NCBI GenBank assembly: GCA_003559395.1
Contig: PWLL01000021.1
Location: 1 to 8,576, forward strand
Reading direction: 5' to 3'
Length of the DNA stretch: 8,576 nt
From: Candidatus Iainarchaeum sp.
Lineage (GTDB): Archaea; Iainarchaeota; Iainarchaeia; Iainarchaeales; CSSED10-239
The position numbers and the translations under genes were made by a program. Shown in pieces: positions 1 to 5,880 of the stretch (position 1 is the first letter of the stretch; each line of letters opens with the position of its first letter). The notes below the pieces were generated by a model. That model searched no databases. It was not told where the DNA came from and was given only the letters and a program-made list of their open reading frames with translations.

Positions 1-1202
1 GTTTCTTGTTTTTCAGATATATTTTCTGTATTTTTTAGTTGTTCTTTATTTCTCATATCTGCTATTGTTTGGTCTATTTTTTCTTTTATAGATTGTGGTT
101 TTTTATAGTTTGGTTTTGAAAAGGGTTCTGTTCTTGGTCTTGAGTAGTCGCTAGATCTATTGTCTTGTGTTTTGTCTACGTCTACTCTTTCAAGGTTTGG
201 TATTTCTGCAAGCATACTATCAAAGGAGTCTGGTTGTTTTTCTGGCCCACTTGTTTTAAAATAGGTTTTTCCTGTTTTTTCTTTAGTTTCTTGAAATATT
301 TTTGGTGCTATTTTATGTTCGTGTGTGGTTGAAAATTTTGTTTGTTTGATAATACTTTCTGGTTTTATTCTTCCTGATCTTGCATTTATATTAGATGCTT
401 TTATTTTTCTTCTTAGTGCTTGATTTACTTCTTTTTGTGTTAGTTCTTCTACTTCTTTTCCGTCTGGTGCTCTTGCAACATATTCTATCTTTATTGCTCT
501 CATAAGTTGATATTGTTGAATATCTCCTCCATGATCTCCGTCTAAAAACAAGGTCACTGCTTTGTTTCTACAAAGGTCTGCAAGGGTTCTTGGTATTCTT
601 GCTCCTCCTGTTGCAATTGCGTTTGTTATTCCGTATTTTAAAAGATTAAGAACGTCTGCTCTTCCTTCAACAATAATTATTTCTTTACTTGTTTTTGCTG
701 TTGGTCCTGCTACTAGTTTTTCTGATCCAATTGTTGAGATGTCTTTTATTTTAAAGGTTTCTACAATTTCGTCCATTAGTTCTCTAGTATCTGGTATTTG
801 TTCTTGCATTAGTCTTCCTAAAAGGTCTATGGCTCTGTTTTTTAGTTGTTTTCTTTTTAGTTCTCTTGTATCTTCTATTTCTTTTATTGTAAAATAAGCA
901 TCACAGGGGCCTACTTTTTCTATAGTTTCTATAGATGCTGCAACTATTGCTGTTTCTACCATAGATACACTACAGGGTAGTTTTAGAATTCCTGTGGTTG
1001 TATTGTTTGAATGATTATATTCAATTTCTATTCTTCCGATTTTTCCGTTTTGTTGTAGCTCTTTAATATCTAACTCTGATCCTAAAAGTCCTTCTGATTG
1101 TCCAAAGACCGCTCCAATAACGTCTGGTCTTTCAACAAGTCCTTTTACTTGAAAGTCTGCTACTATAAGATATTTGATTGTTTCTATATAGGTTTTTCCC
1201 AT
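1..1202 (-). CDS. dnaG: Archaeal DnaG-type primase (Toprim domain). Partial: start codon at 1202..1200, C-terminus runs off the left window edge
   Basis: Absent from the supplied ORF track because it is open to the edge. My translation of the - strand from ATG 1202..1200 reads MGKTYIETIKYLIVADFQVKGLVERPDVIGAVFGQSEGLLGSELDIKELQQNGKIGRIEIEY..., with no stop down to position 1. It has the archaeal DnaG N-terminal signature (PDVIGA.FGQ.EGL.G..D..ELQ..G..GRI), VGPCD, and the Toprim core IIVEGRADVLNLLKYGITNAIATGG...LFLDGDHGGD...VARAPDGKEVEELT. A GGTGAT Shine-Dalgarno-like motif lies 4 nt upstream of the ATG. Confidence 0.9.
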   Translation of the reverse strand, partial: MGKTYIETIKYLIVADFQVKGLVERPDVIGAVFGQSEGLLGSELDIKELQQNGKIGRIEIEYNHSNNTTTGILKLPCSVSMVETAIVAASIETIEKVGPCDAYFTIKEIEDTRELKRKQLKNRAIDLLGRLMQEQIPDTRELMDEIVETFKIKDISTIGSEKLVAGPTAKTSKEIIIVEGRADVLNLLKYGITNAIATGGARIPRTLADLCRNKAVTLFLDGDHGGDIQQYQLMRAIKIEYVARAPDGKEVEELTQKEVNQALRRKIKASNINARSGRIKPESIIKQTKFSTTHEHKIAPKIFQETKEKTGKTYFKTSGPEKQPDSFDSMLAEIPNLERVDVDKTQDNRSSDYSRPRTEPFSKPNYKKPQSIKEKIDQTIADMRNKEQLKNTENISEKQE

Positions 1203-1245
1203 AATAATCACCATTTTATAATTTTGTAAGAAATAGTGATTATTA
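1202..1245 (-). promoter_or_regulatory. 10-bp perfect inverted repeat (1202-1211 / 1236-1245, 24-nt loop) covering the dnaG SD and the first base of the start codon
   Basis: + strand TAATAATCAC (1202-1211) is the exact reverse complement of GTGATTATTA (1236-1245). On the mRNA strand the 3' arm contains the GGUGAU SD-like motif right before the AUG. The stem is AT-rich, so chance occurrence is possible. Confidence 0.3.
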
Positions 1246-1262
1246 AAAGATATCAGAAAAAG

Positions 1263-1505
1263 TTATTTACTATCTATTATTCTTATTTTCTTTTTTGAGG
1301 ATTTTTGTCCTTTTATTATTTCTACAAGACATCCTCTTTTTTTAAATATATTTATAATTTCTTTGTTTGCTTTATTTTTGATTGGTTTTTCTGTAATTTT
1401 AATCTTATATTTATTTTTTGCTAGTTCTTCTATTTGTTGTGTTTTTGTGTTTGGTATTATTGTTGTTTCTATTATTTGATTTTTTTCTATGTTTAATTTA
1501 TTCAT
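1263..1505 (-). CDS. DUF167 (YggU/UPF0235)-like small protein, 80 aa
   Basis: The ORF is complete. The pattern TTIIPNTK...YKIKITEKPIKNKANKEIINIFKKRGCLVEIIKGQKSSKKKIRI matches, from memory, the DUF167 consensus (v.v.P.ak...lkv.v.a.P..GkAN.eli.fL.k...v.iv.G..sr.K.v.i). It runs co-directionally with dnaG, 60 nt upstream of it. Confidence 0.5.
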   Translation of the reverse strand: MNKLNIEKNQIIETTIIPNTKTQQIEELAKNKYKIKITEKPIKNKANKEIINIFKKRGCLVEIIKGQKSSKKKIRIIDSK

Positions 1506-1751
1506 TATTTATCTTTTTGTAAAATAACTTTTTAATAATAATAACTTTCTTTTATCTTTTAATTTTGTCACTATTTTTTTTATTTTTTAAATATTTATTA
1601 ATCATAGTTTTATTTTCTGTAAATCTTTTGTTTTTTGGAAAATAAAACTCTTTTTAAAATATTTGTTCTATCTATTATATATCTTATGATAGAAATTGTT
1701 TATAAAGTTATATTATTTGTTATTAAAAAACACTTAAAAACGCTTTATTTC

Positions 1752-1762
1752 TTTTAAAAATA
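1752..1762 (+). promoter_or_regulatory. Candidate archaeal TATA box for hjc, possibly giving a leaderless or very short-leader mRNA
   Basis: TTTTAAAAATA is centred about 26 nt upstream of the hjc ATG (1783), the typical TATA-to-TSS spacing in archaea. There is only a weak AAGGT upstream of the ATG. In DNA this AT-rich, TATA-like strings are frequent, so this call is weak. Confidence 0.3.
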
Positions 1763-1782
1763 CACAAAAAAGGTTTATTTTC

Positions 1783-2187
1783 ATGAAAAACAAGTCAAAA
1801 GGGTCTAATGCCGAAAGAGAGCTTTTATTAGCGTTGTATGATTTGGGTTTTGCTGTGTCTAGGGTTGCTGGTTCTGGTTGTTCTACTTTGCCTACTCCTG
1901 ATATTATTGCTATTAAAAAAAAAAAGATCATTGCTATTGAATGTAAAACAAAAAAAGGAGAGTATTTAAATATTAGCGATTCACAGATTCAAGAGTTAAT
2001 AACCTGGGAGTCTTTGTCTTGTTGTAAAGCTTATGTGGCATGGCGTCTTTCTAAGAACAATTGGTATTTTATTCATATTTCTATGCTTAACAAAACAAAT
2101 AAAGCTTATGCTATTAAAAGAAAAGAGATACTTGAAAAAGGGCTAATCCTTTCTGAGTTTATTGATTTTGTTATTAGGTCTGAGTAG
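1783..2187 (+). CDS. hjc: Archaeal Holliday junction resolvase Hjc, 134 aa
   Basis: KGSNAERELLLALYDLGFAVSRVAGSG...PDIIAIKKKKIIAIECK aligns by eye with Pyrococcus/Sulfolobus Hjc. The nuclease-fold catalytic residues are present: E12 (AERE), D40 (PD), and E53 and K55 (IECK). Confidence 0.88.
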   Translation: MKNKSKGSNAERELLLALYDLGFAVSRVAGSGCSTLPTPDIIAIKKKKIIAIECKTKKGEYLNISDSQIQELITWESLSCCKAYVAWRLSKNNWYFIHISMLNKTNKAYAIKRKEILEKGLILSEFIDFVIRSE

Positions 2188-2268
2188 ATTAGAAGTGTTT
2201 ATATATTGTTTCGTCTATATATTATTTATATATACTAACAATTTATTTTATTTAAAAAAGGATCAAAT

Positions 2269-2409
2269 ATGGCTTATTTAGAACTAGAAGAAATCATTCA
2301 TTCTCTTGAGATAGATTTTAAAAAAGAAAAGGGTCTTAAAAACAAGTGTTTATATGAAAACGCATTAAAGTGTTTAAGAGAGCTTCATAACAGAAAAAAG
2401 TTTGTTTAG
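2269..2409 (+). CDS. Hypothetical small protein, 46 aa (MAYLELEEIIHSLEIDFKKEKGLKNKCLYENALKCLRELHNRKKFV). Not in the supplied track
   Basis: ATG 2269 is preceded by AAAAAGGAT (SD-like) and by three TATA-like motifs in 2195-2240. The predicted protein is helical and charged. Its stop lies 3 nt from the convergent GNAT stop. I recognise no homology, and the ORF is short enough to be chance. Confidence 0.25.
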   Translation: MAYLELEEIIHSLEIDFKKEKGLKNKCLYENALKCLRELHNRKKFV

Positions 2410-2412
2410 TTT

Positions 2413-2928
2413 TTATCTTCCTAGTCTTCTTTTATTTTTTTTAATATTTTTTAAAAAAATTCCTGCAAGAGTATCCTGCATTGTTTTGGTGTGCCAATAT
2501 TTTGCTCTTTCGTTTTTTCTAGAGATTATTTTTTCTGAAATCTTATGCATTTTTCCATTTACTACAAAATACAAAATATTATTAAATTTGTTTTTTTTTG
2601 CATAACCTAGTAGTCTAATCATTAGTTTTGTTCCTAAATTTTTGTTTTGATATTTTGGTTTTACTAGTATATGGTCTAAAAAAACTTGTTTTTCGTTTAT
2701 GTTTATTCTTGCTCTTCCTGCTGGTTTATTGTTAACATAAACAAGAAAGTATCTATATCCTTTTTTTAAATAATTAATAATTTCTTCTTCTATTATTTGT
2801 TTTGTTATTGCGTCTTGTTCATAGCCGTAGTGTTCTTTTTCTATATCATATATATCTTTTGTTATTTTAGAAAGTGTTGGTTTGTTTAGTTCTTCTACAT
2901 TTATTTGTTTATAGTTTATTTTGTCCAT
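2413..2928 (-). CDS. GNAT-family N-acetyltransferase, 171 aa
   Basis: It has a GNAT core: YFLVYVNNKPAGRARI (beta4) ... LDHILVKPKYQNKNLGTKLMIRLLGYAKKNKFNNILYFVVNG (motif A, Q-x-x-x-x-G acetyl-CoA loop). The start is 4 nt downstream of the pth2 stop, so the two are probably co-transcribed. Confidence 0.75.
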   Translation of the reverse strand: MDKINYKQINVEELNKPTLSKITKDIYDIEKEHYGYEQDAITKQIIEEEIINYLKKGYRYFLVYVNNKPAGRARININEKQVFLDHILVKPKYQNKNLGTKLMIRLLGYAKKNKFNNILYFVVNGKMHKISEKIISRKNERAKYWHTKTMQDTLAGIFLKNIKKNKRRLGR

Positions 2929-2931
2929 ATT

Positions 2932-3279
2932 TTATAACAACTTATATTTGGAAGTAAATTTGTCTATTTCTGTTTCTGGTATAGGTCCTATTCCTAAACA
3001 AGTGATGTCTGGTTTTTTTAGTTGTGTGTGTGCTGCATCTTTTATTAGTGCGCACGTAATTCTGTTTTTTATAGTTTCAAAAAGTTCTAGAAGTTCTTGT
3101 TTGGTATCTATCTTTAAGACAATCTTTTTCTGACCGTCTTCTAACCAGGAAGAAACATATTCTGGATGTTTTTTTTCTGTCTTAAGATAGGCACTTATTG
3201 ATGCGTGTGCCACTTGTGCTGCTATTTTGCCTTTTGTTATATCTAAATCTTTTCTTACTATGATTATTTGTTTGTACAT
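2932..3279 (-). CDS. pth2: Peptidyl-tRNA hydrolase, archaeal/eukaryotic type (Pth2), 115 aa
   Basis: IIIVRKDLDITKGKIAAQVAHASISAY...W...GQKKIVLKI...IKDAAHTQLKKPDITCLGIGPIPETEIDKFTSKYKLL matches the Pth2 family end to end by eye (GK.AAQ.AHA, KIV.K, DAG.TQ, T.LGIGP.P, LKLL terminus). Confidence 0.88.
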   Translation of the reverse strand: MYKQIIIVRKDLDITKGKIAAQVAHASISAYLKTEKKHPEYVSSWLEDGQKKIVLKIDTKQELLELFETIKNRITCALIKDAAHTQLKKPDITCLGIGPIPETEIDKFTSKYKLL

Positions 3280-3281
3280 TT

Positions 3282-3719
3282 TTATTCTTCTTGAGAAGTA
3301 GTATCTTTTATTACGTCGTCTAGATTTTCATATCTATTTTCTTGTTTTTTTTCTTCTTTAAATGATTCTGCTGGATTATCTTCTATTGCGTCTTGCAGAG
3401 TTTTTTCTTCAAATCCTAGATATGTTATTATGTATGTGGTTTGGTCTTTTCCCCACATTGAGGTTAGTTCTTTTGGTTCGTTAAGGGTTAGTGTTGTTTG
3501 GTAGTTATAGGCTCTGTGTTCGTTTTTAACTGTATAGTGTTTGTCATATGCTAGAACAATTTGGTTTGGTCTTGCTGAAGATATCTTAAAGACGTCAAGA
3601 TCAAAATCTCTTTCAAATGGTTCTTCAAGAGAAACGGTTATTTCTTTTTCTTCTTTTCGATTATTTTTTGGTCTTTCCATATCTACGATTCTTTTTTTTA
3701 AATGTAGTTTTATTTTCAT
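3282..3719 (-). CDS. Hypothetical protein, 145 aa, acidic C-terminal tail. First gene of an apparent hypothetical-pth2-GNAT operon
   Basis: ATG 3719 is preceded by AAGGAG (3734..3729) with a 9-nt spacer. The stop lies 2 nt before the pth2 start. Composition matches the neighbouring real genes. I recognise no family. An alternative internal start is M14 at 3680. Confidence 0.6.
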   Translation of the reverse strand: MKIKLHLKKRIVDMERPKNNRKEEKEITVSLEEPFERDFDLDVFKISSARPNQIVLAYDKHYTVKNEHRAYNYQTTLTLNEPKELTSMWGKDQTTYIITYLGFEEKTLQDAIEDNPAESFKEEKKQENRYENLDDVIKDTTSQEE

Positions 3720-3759
3720 GTTTTTCTTCTCCTTTATTTTTAATAAAATATTTATTGTA

Positions 3760-3777
3760 CTTATATATAATATAAAG
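3760..3777 (-). promoter_or_regulatory. Candidate TATA box/promoter for the 3719-2413 operon, lying just outside the predicted IS right end
   Basis: The - strand reads CTTTATATTATATATAAG about 40-55 nt upstream of ATG 3719, followed by the AAGGAG SD. The call rests on position and sequence only. Confidence 0.3.
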
Positions 3778-3960
3778 AATAAGTGTGAATTACTATGACC
3801 TAACTCTGTTAAGTTGAGGTTATAGCTTCTTGTTTCATTGAACTACTTTCTGTTTCGTTCTTCACAAAGCCCAATCCCTGAGCCAAGATGTTTTTTGCAG
3901 AATTTACATCTCTATCCAATTCTAAACCACAATCACAAAAATATGTTCTTTGTGATAACG
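3770..3960 (-). ncRNA. Predicted TnpB omega RNA (reRNA): scaffold from the tnpB 3' end plus RE, guide from flanking DNA just below about 3788
   Basis: In characterised TnpB systems the guide RNA is transcribed from the 3' end of tnpB through RE into the flank. This region contains an 8-bp perfect stem (3932-3939 / 3949-3956) and the bulged RE hairpin (3798-3820). The extent is inferred, not measured. Confidence 0.35.
3798..3820 (-). repeat. RE subterminal imperfect hairpin of the IS (8 bp, one bulged base, 6-nt loop), straddling the tnpB stop codon
   Basis: The + strand reads ACCTAACT-ctgtta-AGTTgAGGT. Pairs are 3798-3820, 3799-3819, 3800-3818, 3801-3817, 3802-3815, 3803-3814, 3804-3813 and 3805-3812, with base 3816 bulged. 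A bulged imperfect palindrome is the hallmark TnpA recognition structure in IS200/IS605. Confidence 0.55.
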
Positions 3961-4948
3961 GCATATTTTGAAGTTTTCCGCAATTACTACATATTTTACT
4001 TGTATTTCTTGGATTTACTTCTATAATTTTAGTTCCAGCACTTTCAGCCTTGAACTTCAACATAGAAATAAATTTACCCCACGAAACATCAGCAAAATTT
4101 CTTCTATTCCAAAAACGATTCCTCTTCTTACTCATCATCTGCTTTATACCAAGTTTCTCAATACAAATTATTTTATTATCAGAAACGAGGTTAGTAGAAA
4201 CTTTATTCAAAAAATCATTCCTCTGATTTTCTACTTTTTCAAATAAAACACCCAATCTTTGTTTAGCTTTATATCTATTATTACTTCCTCTTTTTTTCTT
4301 TGAAAGATTTTGATAAGCTTTCTTGATTTTATTCAACCTTTTTTTCAAAAATAATGGAGATTTTATTTTATTTCCTTTATTATCTGCAATAAAATTAATT
4401 ATTCCTAAATCAATTCCTATTTGTCTTTTTCCACCAACTTTTTTATAAACTTCATCTGTTATAATAATCGCATACCATTTACCTGTTGTCTTTTTAATTG
4501 TAACTTGTTTTATTTTTCCACCAGTAATCCTATGGCATCTAATATCTATGTCTCCAATCTTTGATAAGTGTAATTTGCTGTATCTTTTTCCTGTTTGGTT
4601 TAACTTGAATCCACTTTGATTATAATTTATTGTTTTGAACCAATCTTCGCCCTTGAAACGCAATCTACCAACTTTTTTATCATTTTTTTTAAGTTGGCTC
4701 AACCCTCTCAAATTATTAAATAATCTATAACATTCATATTGCAAAGTTTTAGAATAAACTCTATTCAATTCAGGAAATTGTTTTTTCAATGATAAAATAT
4801 TATGTTGGATTTCTCCGCGATTGATTTTTTCTTGTTTATTAAGTTTTTCTAATAGTTGATTATACACAAAACGGCAAGACTTGAAAGTTTGAAACAAAGT
4901 TTGTTCTTGTTTCTTTGAAGGATATAAACGAAATTTGTATGCTTTCAT
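3809..4948 (-). CDS. tnpB: TnpB (IS605 OrfB) RNA-guided DNA endonuclease, 379 aa, catalytically intact
   Basis: The N-terminus is the canonical MKAYKFRLYPSKKQEQTL...CRFVYNQ. RuvC-I is IGIDLG (D180, 4409-4411). RuvC-II is ICIEKL (E264, 4157-4159). The zinc finger is CSNCG...CDCG. RuvC-III is LDRDVNSAKNI (D345/D347, 3908-3916). The start overlaps the tnpA stop in ATGA (4945-4948). Confidence 0.93.
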   Translation of the reverse strand: MKAYKFRLYPSKKQEQTLFQTFKSCRFVYNQLLEKLNKQEKINRGEIQHNILSLKKQFPELNRVYSKTLQYECYRLFNNLRGLSQLKKNDKKVGRLRFKGEDWFKTINYNQSGFKLNQTGKRYSKLHLSKIGDIDIRCHRITGGKIKQVTIKKTTGKWYAIIITDEVYKKVGGKRQIGIDLGIINFIADNKGNKIKSPLFLKKRLNKIKKAYQNLSKKKRGSNNRYKAKQRLGVLFEKVENQRNDFLNKVSTNLVSDNKIICIEKLGIKQMMSKKRNRFWNRRNFADVSWGKFISMLKFKAESAGTKIIEVNPRNTSKICSNCGKLQNMPLSQRTYFCDCGLELDRDVNSAKNILAQGLGFVKNETESSSMKQEAITST

Positions 4949-5364
4949 AATCTTTTTCCCTTCCCTTGATTTTCAACATATTTTTTTACTTGTTCTATTG
5001 TTGTTTGTCCTGTTGTTATCAAACAATAACTATTACTCCAAAAAACATCTCCCCAGAGCTTGTCTTTTATTCTTGCATAATATCTGTTTCTTATTGCTTT
5101 TGAGGTTGCACTTTTCCAATTATTTATAAATTTTATTAGGTTAGTTTGTGGTTTGCATTTTAGTAAAATATGTATATGATCTAAATCTGTTTCAATACAA
5201 GTTATTTGTATATTATAGCTTTCAGCTATTTTATAAGTTCTTGTTTTTAATTCTTCAATTATTTCAGGAAAATCTAAAACCTTTCTTCTATATTTTATAC
5301 ACTGTACAAAATGGTAATTCAGAGAATAAACTGAATGCGAATTTTTATCAAATACAGATCTCAT
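4945..5364 (-). CDS. tnpA: IS200/IS605-family Y1 (HUH) transposase TnpA, 139 aa
   Basis: YSLNYHFVQCIKYRRKVL forms the N-terminal beta strands. The HUH motif is DHIHILL (H63 at 5176-5178, H65 at 5170-5172). The catalytic Tyr lies in WSNSYCLITTG (Y113, 5026-5028). An AAGGAG SD sits at 5381..5376, with a TTTATAAA TATA-like palindrome at 5387-5394 upstream. Confidence 0.92.
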   Translation of the reverse strand: MRSVFDKNSHSVYSLNYHFVQCIKYRRKVLDFPEIIEELKTRTYKIAESYNIQITCIETDLDHIHILLKCKPQTNLIKFINNWKSATSKAIRNRYYARIKDKLWGDVFWSNSYCLITTGQTTIEQVKKYVENQGKGKRL

Positions 5365-5426
5365 AAATAATATTACTCCTTTAGTCTTTATAAAGATATT
5401 GTTTGGTTATGCTAATTCATCTATGC

Positions 5427-5441
5427 CCTAACAAGTTCAGG
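5427..5441 (-). repeat. LE subterminal hairpin of the IS, a shortened version of the RE hairpin with a bulge at the equivalent position
   Basis: The - strand reads CCTgAACTTGTTAGG. CCT pairs with AGG and AA with TT; G is bulged and the loop is short. It is followed by GCATAGATGAATT, which matches TCATAG-TAATT after the RE hairpin. The stem is weak on its own; support comes from the LE/RE similarity. Confidence 0.45.
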
Positions 5442-5524
5442 ATATAGACTTCTTAGCAATAAGTTTAAAAAGATTGTTTTTTTTACCAGTATCTCCGAAT
5501 GATTTTTAAATATTAAGAAGTACC

Positions 5525-5563
5525 CCTTTATATTGAATACTATAAAAATAAACAATATAAAGG
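5525..5563 (+). repeat. 11-bp perfect inverted repeat (5525-5535 / 5553-5563, 17-nt loop) overlapping the SD of the ISH3-like transposase fragment
   Basis: CCTTTATATTG ... CAATATAAAGG. The right arm includes the AAGG of the AAGGAG SD (5560-5565), 6 nt before ATG 5572. This is consistent with an RBS-sequestering fold-back, or with part of the remnant IS terminus. Confidence 0.4.
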
Positions 5564-5571
5564 AGAACAAA

Positions 5572-5880
5572 ATGTATAGAAATTTAAGGTTGTTTCTTAT
5601 TAAAAACATATCGATTTTGGGTCGCAAATATAAAATTAAAGATTTTTTGTATTTATTAATTACTGCTGCGACAACTAAGGCTTTTATTGAGTCTATTTGT
5701 AAATCAAAAAAGAAATTTCCAAATGCAGATACTCTGCATTTGAAAATTAAAGAAAACAATAATAGTTGGTTGATAGCGTGTTTTGATGATTTTGTTGATA
5801 GAATGATAAGATCATTACCAAGAGACATATATAGAATACCTGTAGAACTAGCAATAGATGAAACATATGAAGCATACTAT
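5572..5880 (+). pseudogene. ISH3-family (IS4-like DDE) transposase, 5' fragment of about 103 codons, 3'-truncated at the kae1 stop
   Basis: DFLYLLITAATTKAFIESICKSKKKFPNADTLHLKIK...IPVELAIDETYEAYY aligns by eye with the haloarchaeal ISH3 transposase N-terminus (DIYEVLVGACADGTSVSTLCERSQNSPAGNTVLYHLR...VEVCADLHLRPYYG), up to and including the first DDE aspartate block. Full-length proteins are roughly 390 aa. The tracked ORF (5533..5940) continues only as antisense of the kae1 3' end. Confidence 0.55.

Larger units (their letters stand above)
3785..5465 (-). mobile_element. IS200/IS605-family insertion sequence (tnpA-tnpB, IS608-like organisation). Boundaries approximate (about +/-15 nt each side)
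   Basis: The element has a Y1 transposase gene and tnpB in the same orientation with an ATGA overlap. Related subterminal sequences flank both genes. On the - strand, LE is CCTGAACTT------GTTAGGGCATAGATGAATT (5441..5413) and RE is CCTCAACTTAACAGAGTTAGGTCATAG-TAATT (3820..3788). I placed the ends by analogy with IS608: the left end about 19 nt 5' of the LE hairpin, the right end about 10 nt 3' of the RE hairpin. Confidence 0.75.

Noticed and set aside
562-897. 111-aa + strand ORF from the track
   Set aside because: It is antisense to the clearly recognisable archaeal dnaG coding sequence. It starts at TTG, and its Phe/Leu/Ser/Ile-rich low-complexity composition is what the T-rich antisense of an A-rich gene produces.
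1506-1782. 277-nt AT-rich divergent intergenic region near dnaG, considered as a possible replication origin or ncRNA locus
   Set aside because: It contains only short, degenerate recurrences (ATCTTTT three times) and a 7-bp inverted repeat (1666-1672 / 1688-1694). I saw no ORB-like long repeats and no adjacent orc1/cdc6. Divergent promoters for hjc and the DUF167 gene explain it adequately.
1734-1931. 65-aa - strand ORF overlapping the hjc start
   Set aside because: It overlaps the confident hjc CDS on the opposite strand. I saw no motif or RBS, and it is hydrophobic low-complexity sequence.
2402-3133. + strand ORFs 2402..2605 and 2921..3133
   Set aside because: Both are antisense to the GNAT and pth2 genes. 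Both start at TTG, are Phe/Leu-rich and have no recognisable domains.
3541-5366. + strand ORFs 3541..3798, 3838..4026, 3968..4246, 4935..5129 and 5148..5366
   Set aside because: All lie antisense to the 145-aa ORF, tnpB or tnpA, whose identities are secure. Their compositions are typical antisense artefacts.
5386-5395. 10-bp palindrome CTTTATAAAG upstream of tnpA
   Set aside because: It is too short and AT-rich to count as a structural element. It is better read as a TATA-like promoter motif for tnpA, noted under that feature.
5421-5828. 135-aa - strand ORF across the IS LE and the ISH3-like fragment
   Set aside because: It is antisense to the transposase fragment, which has recognisable homology. 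It would run through the LE hairpin region, and it is hydrophobic low-complexity sequence.
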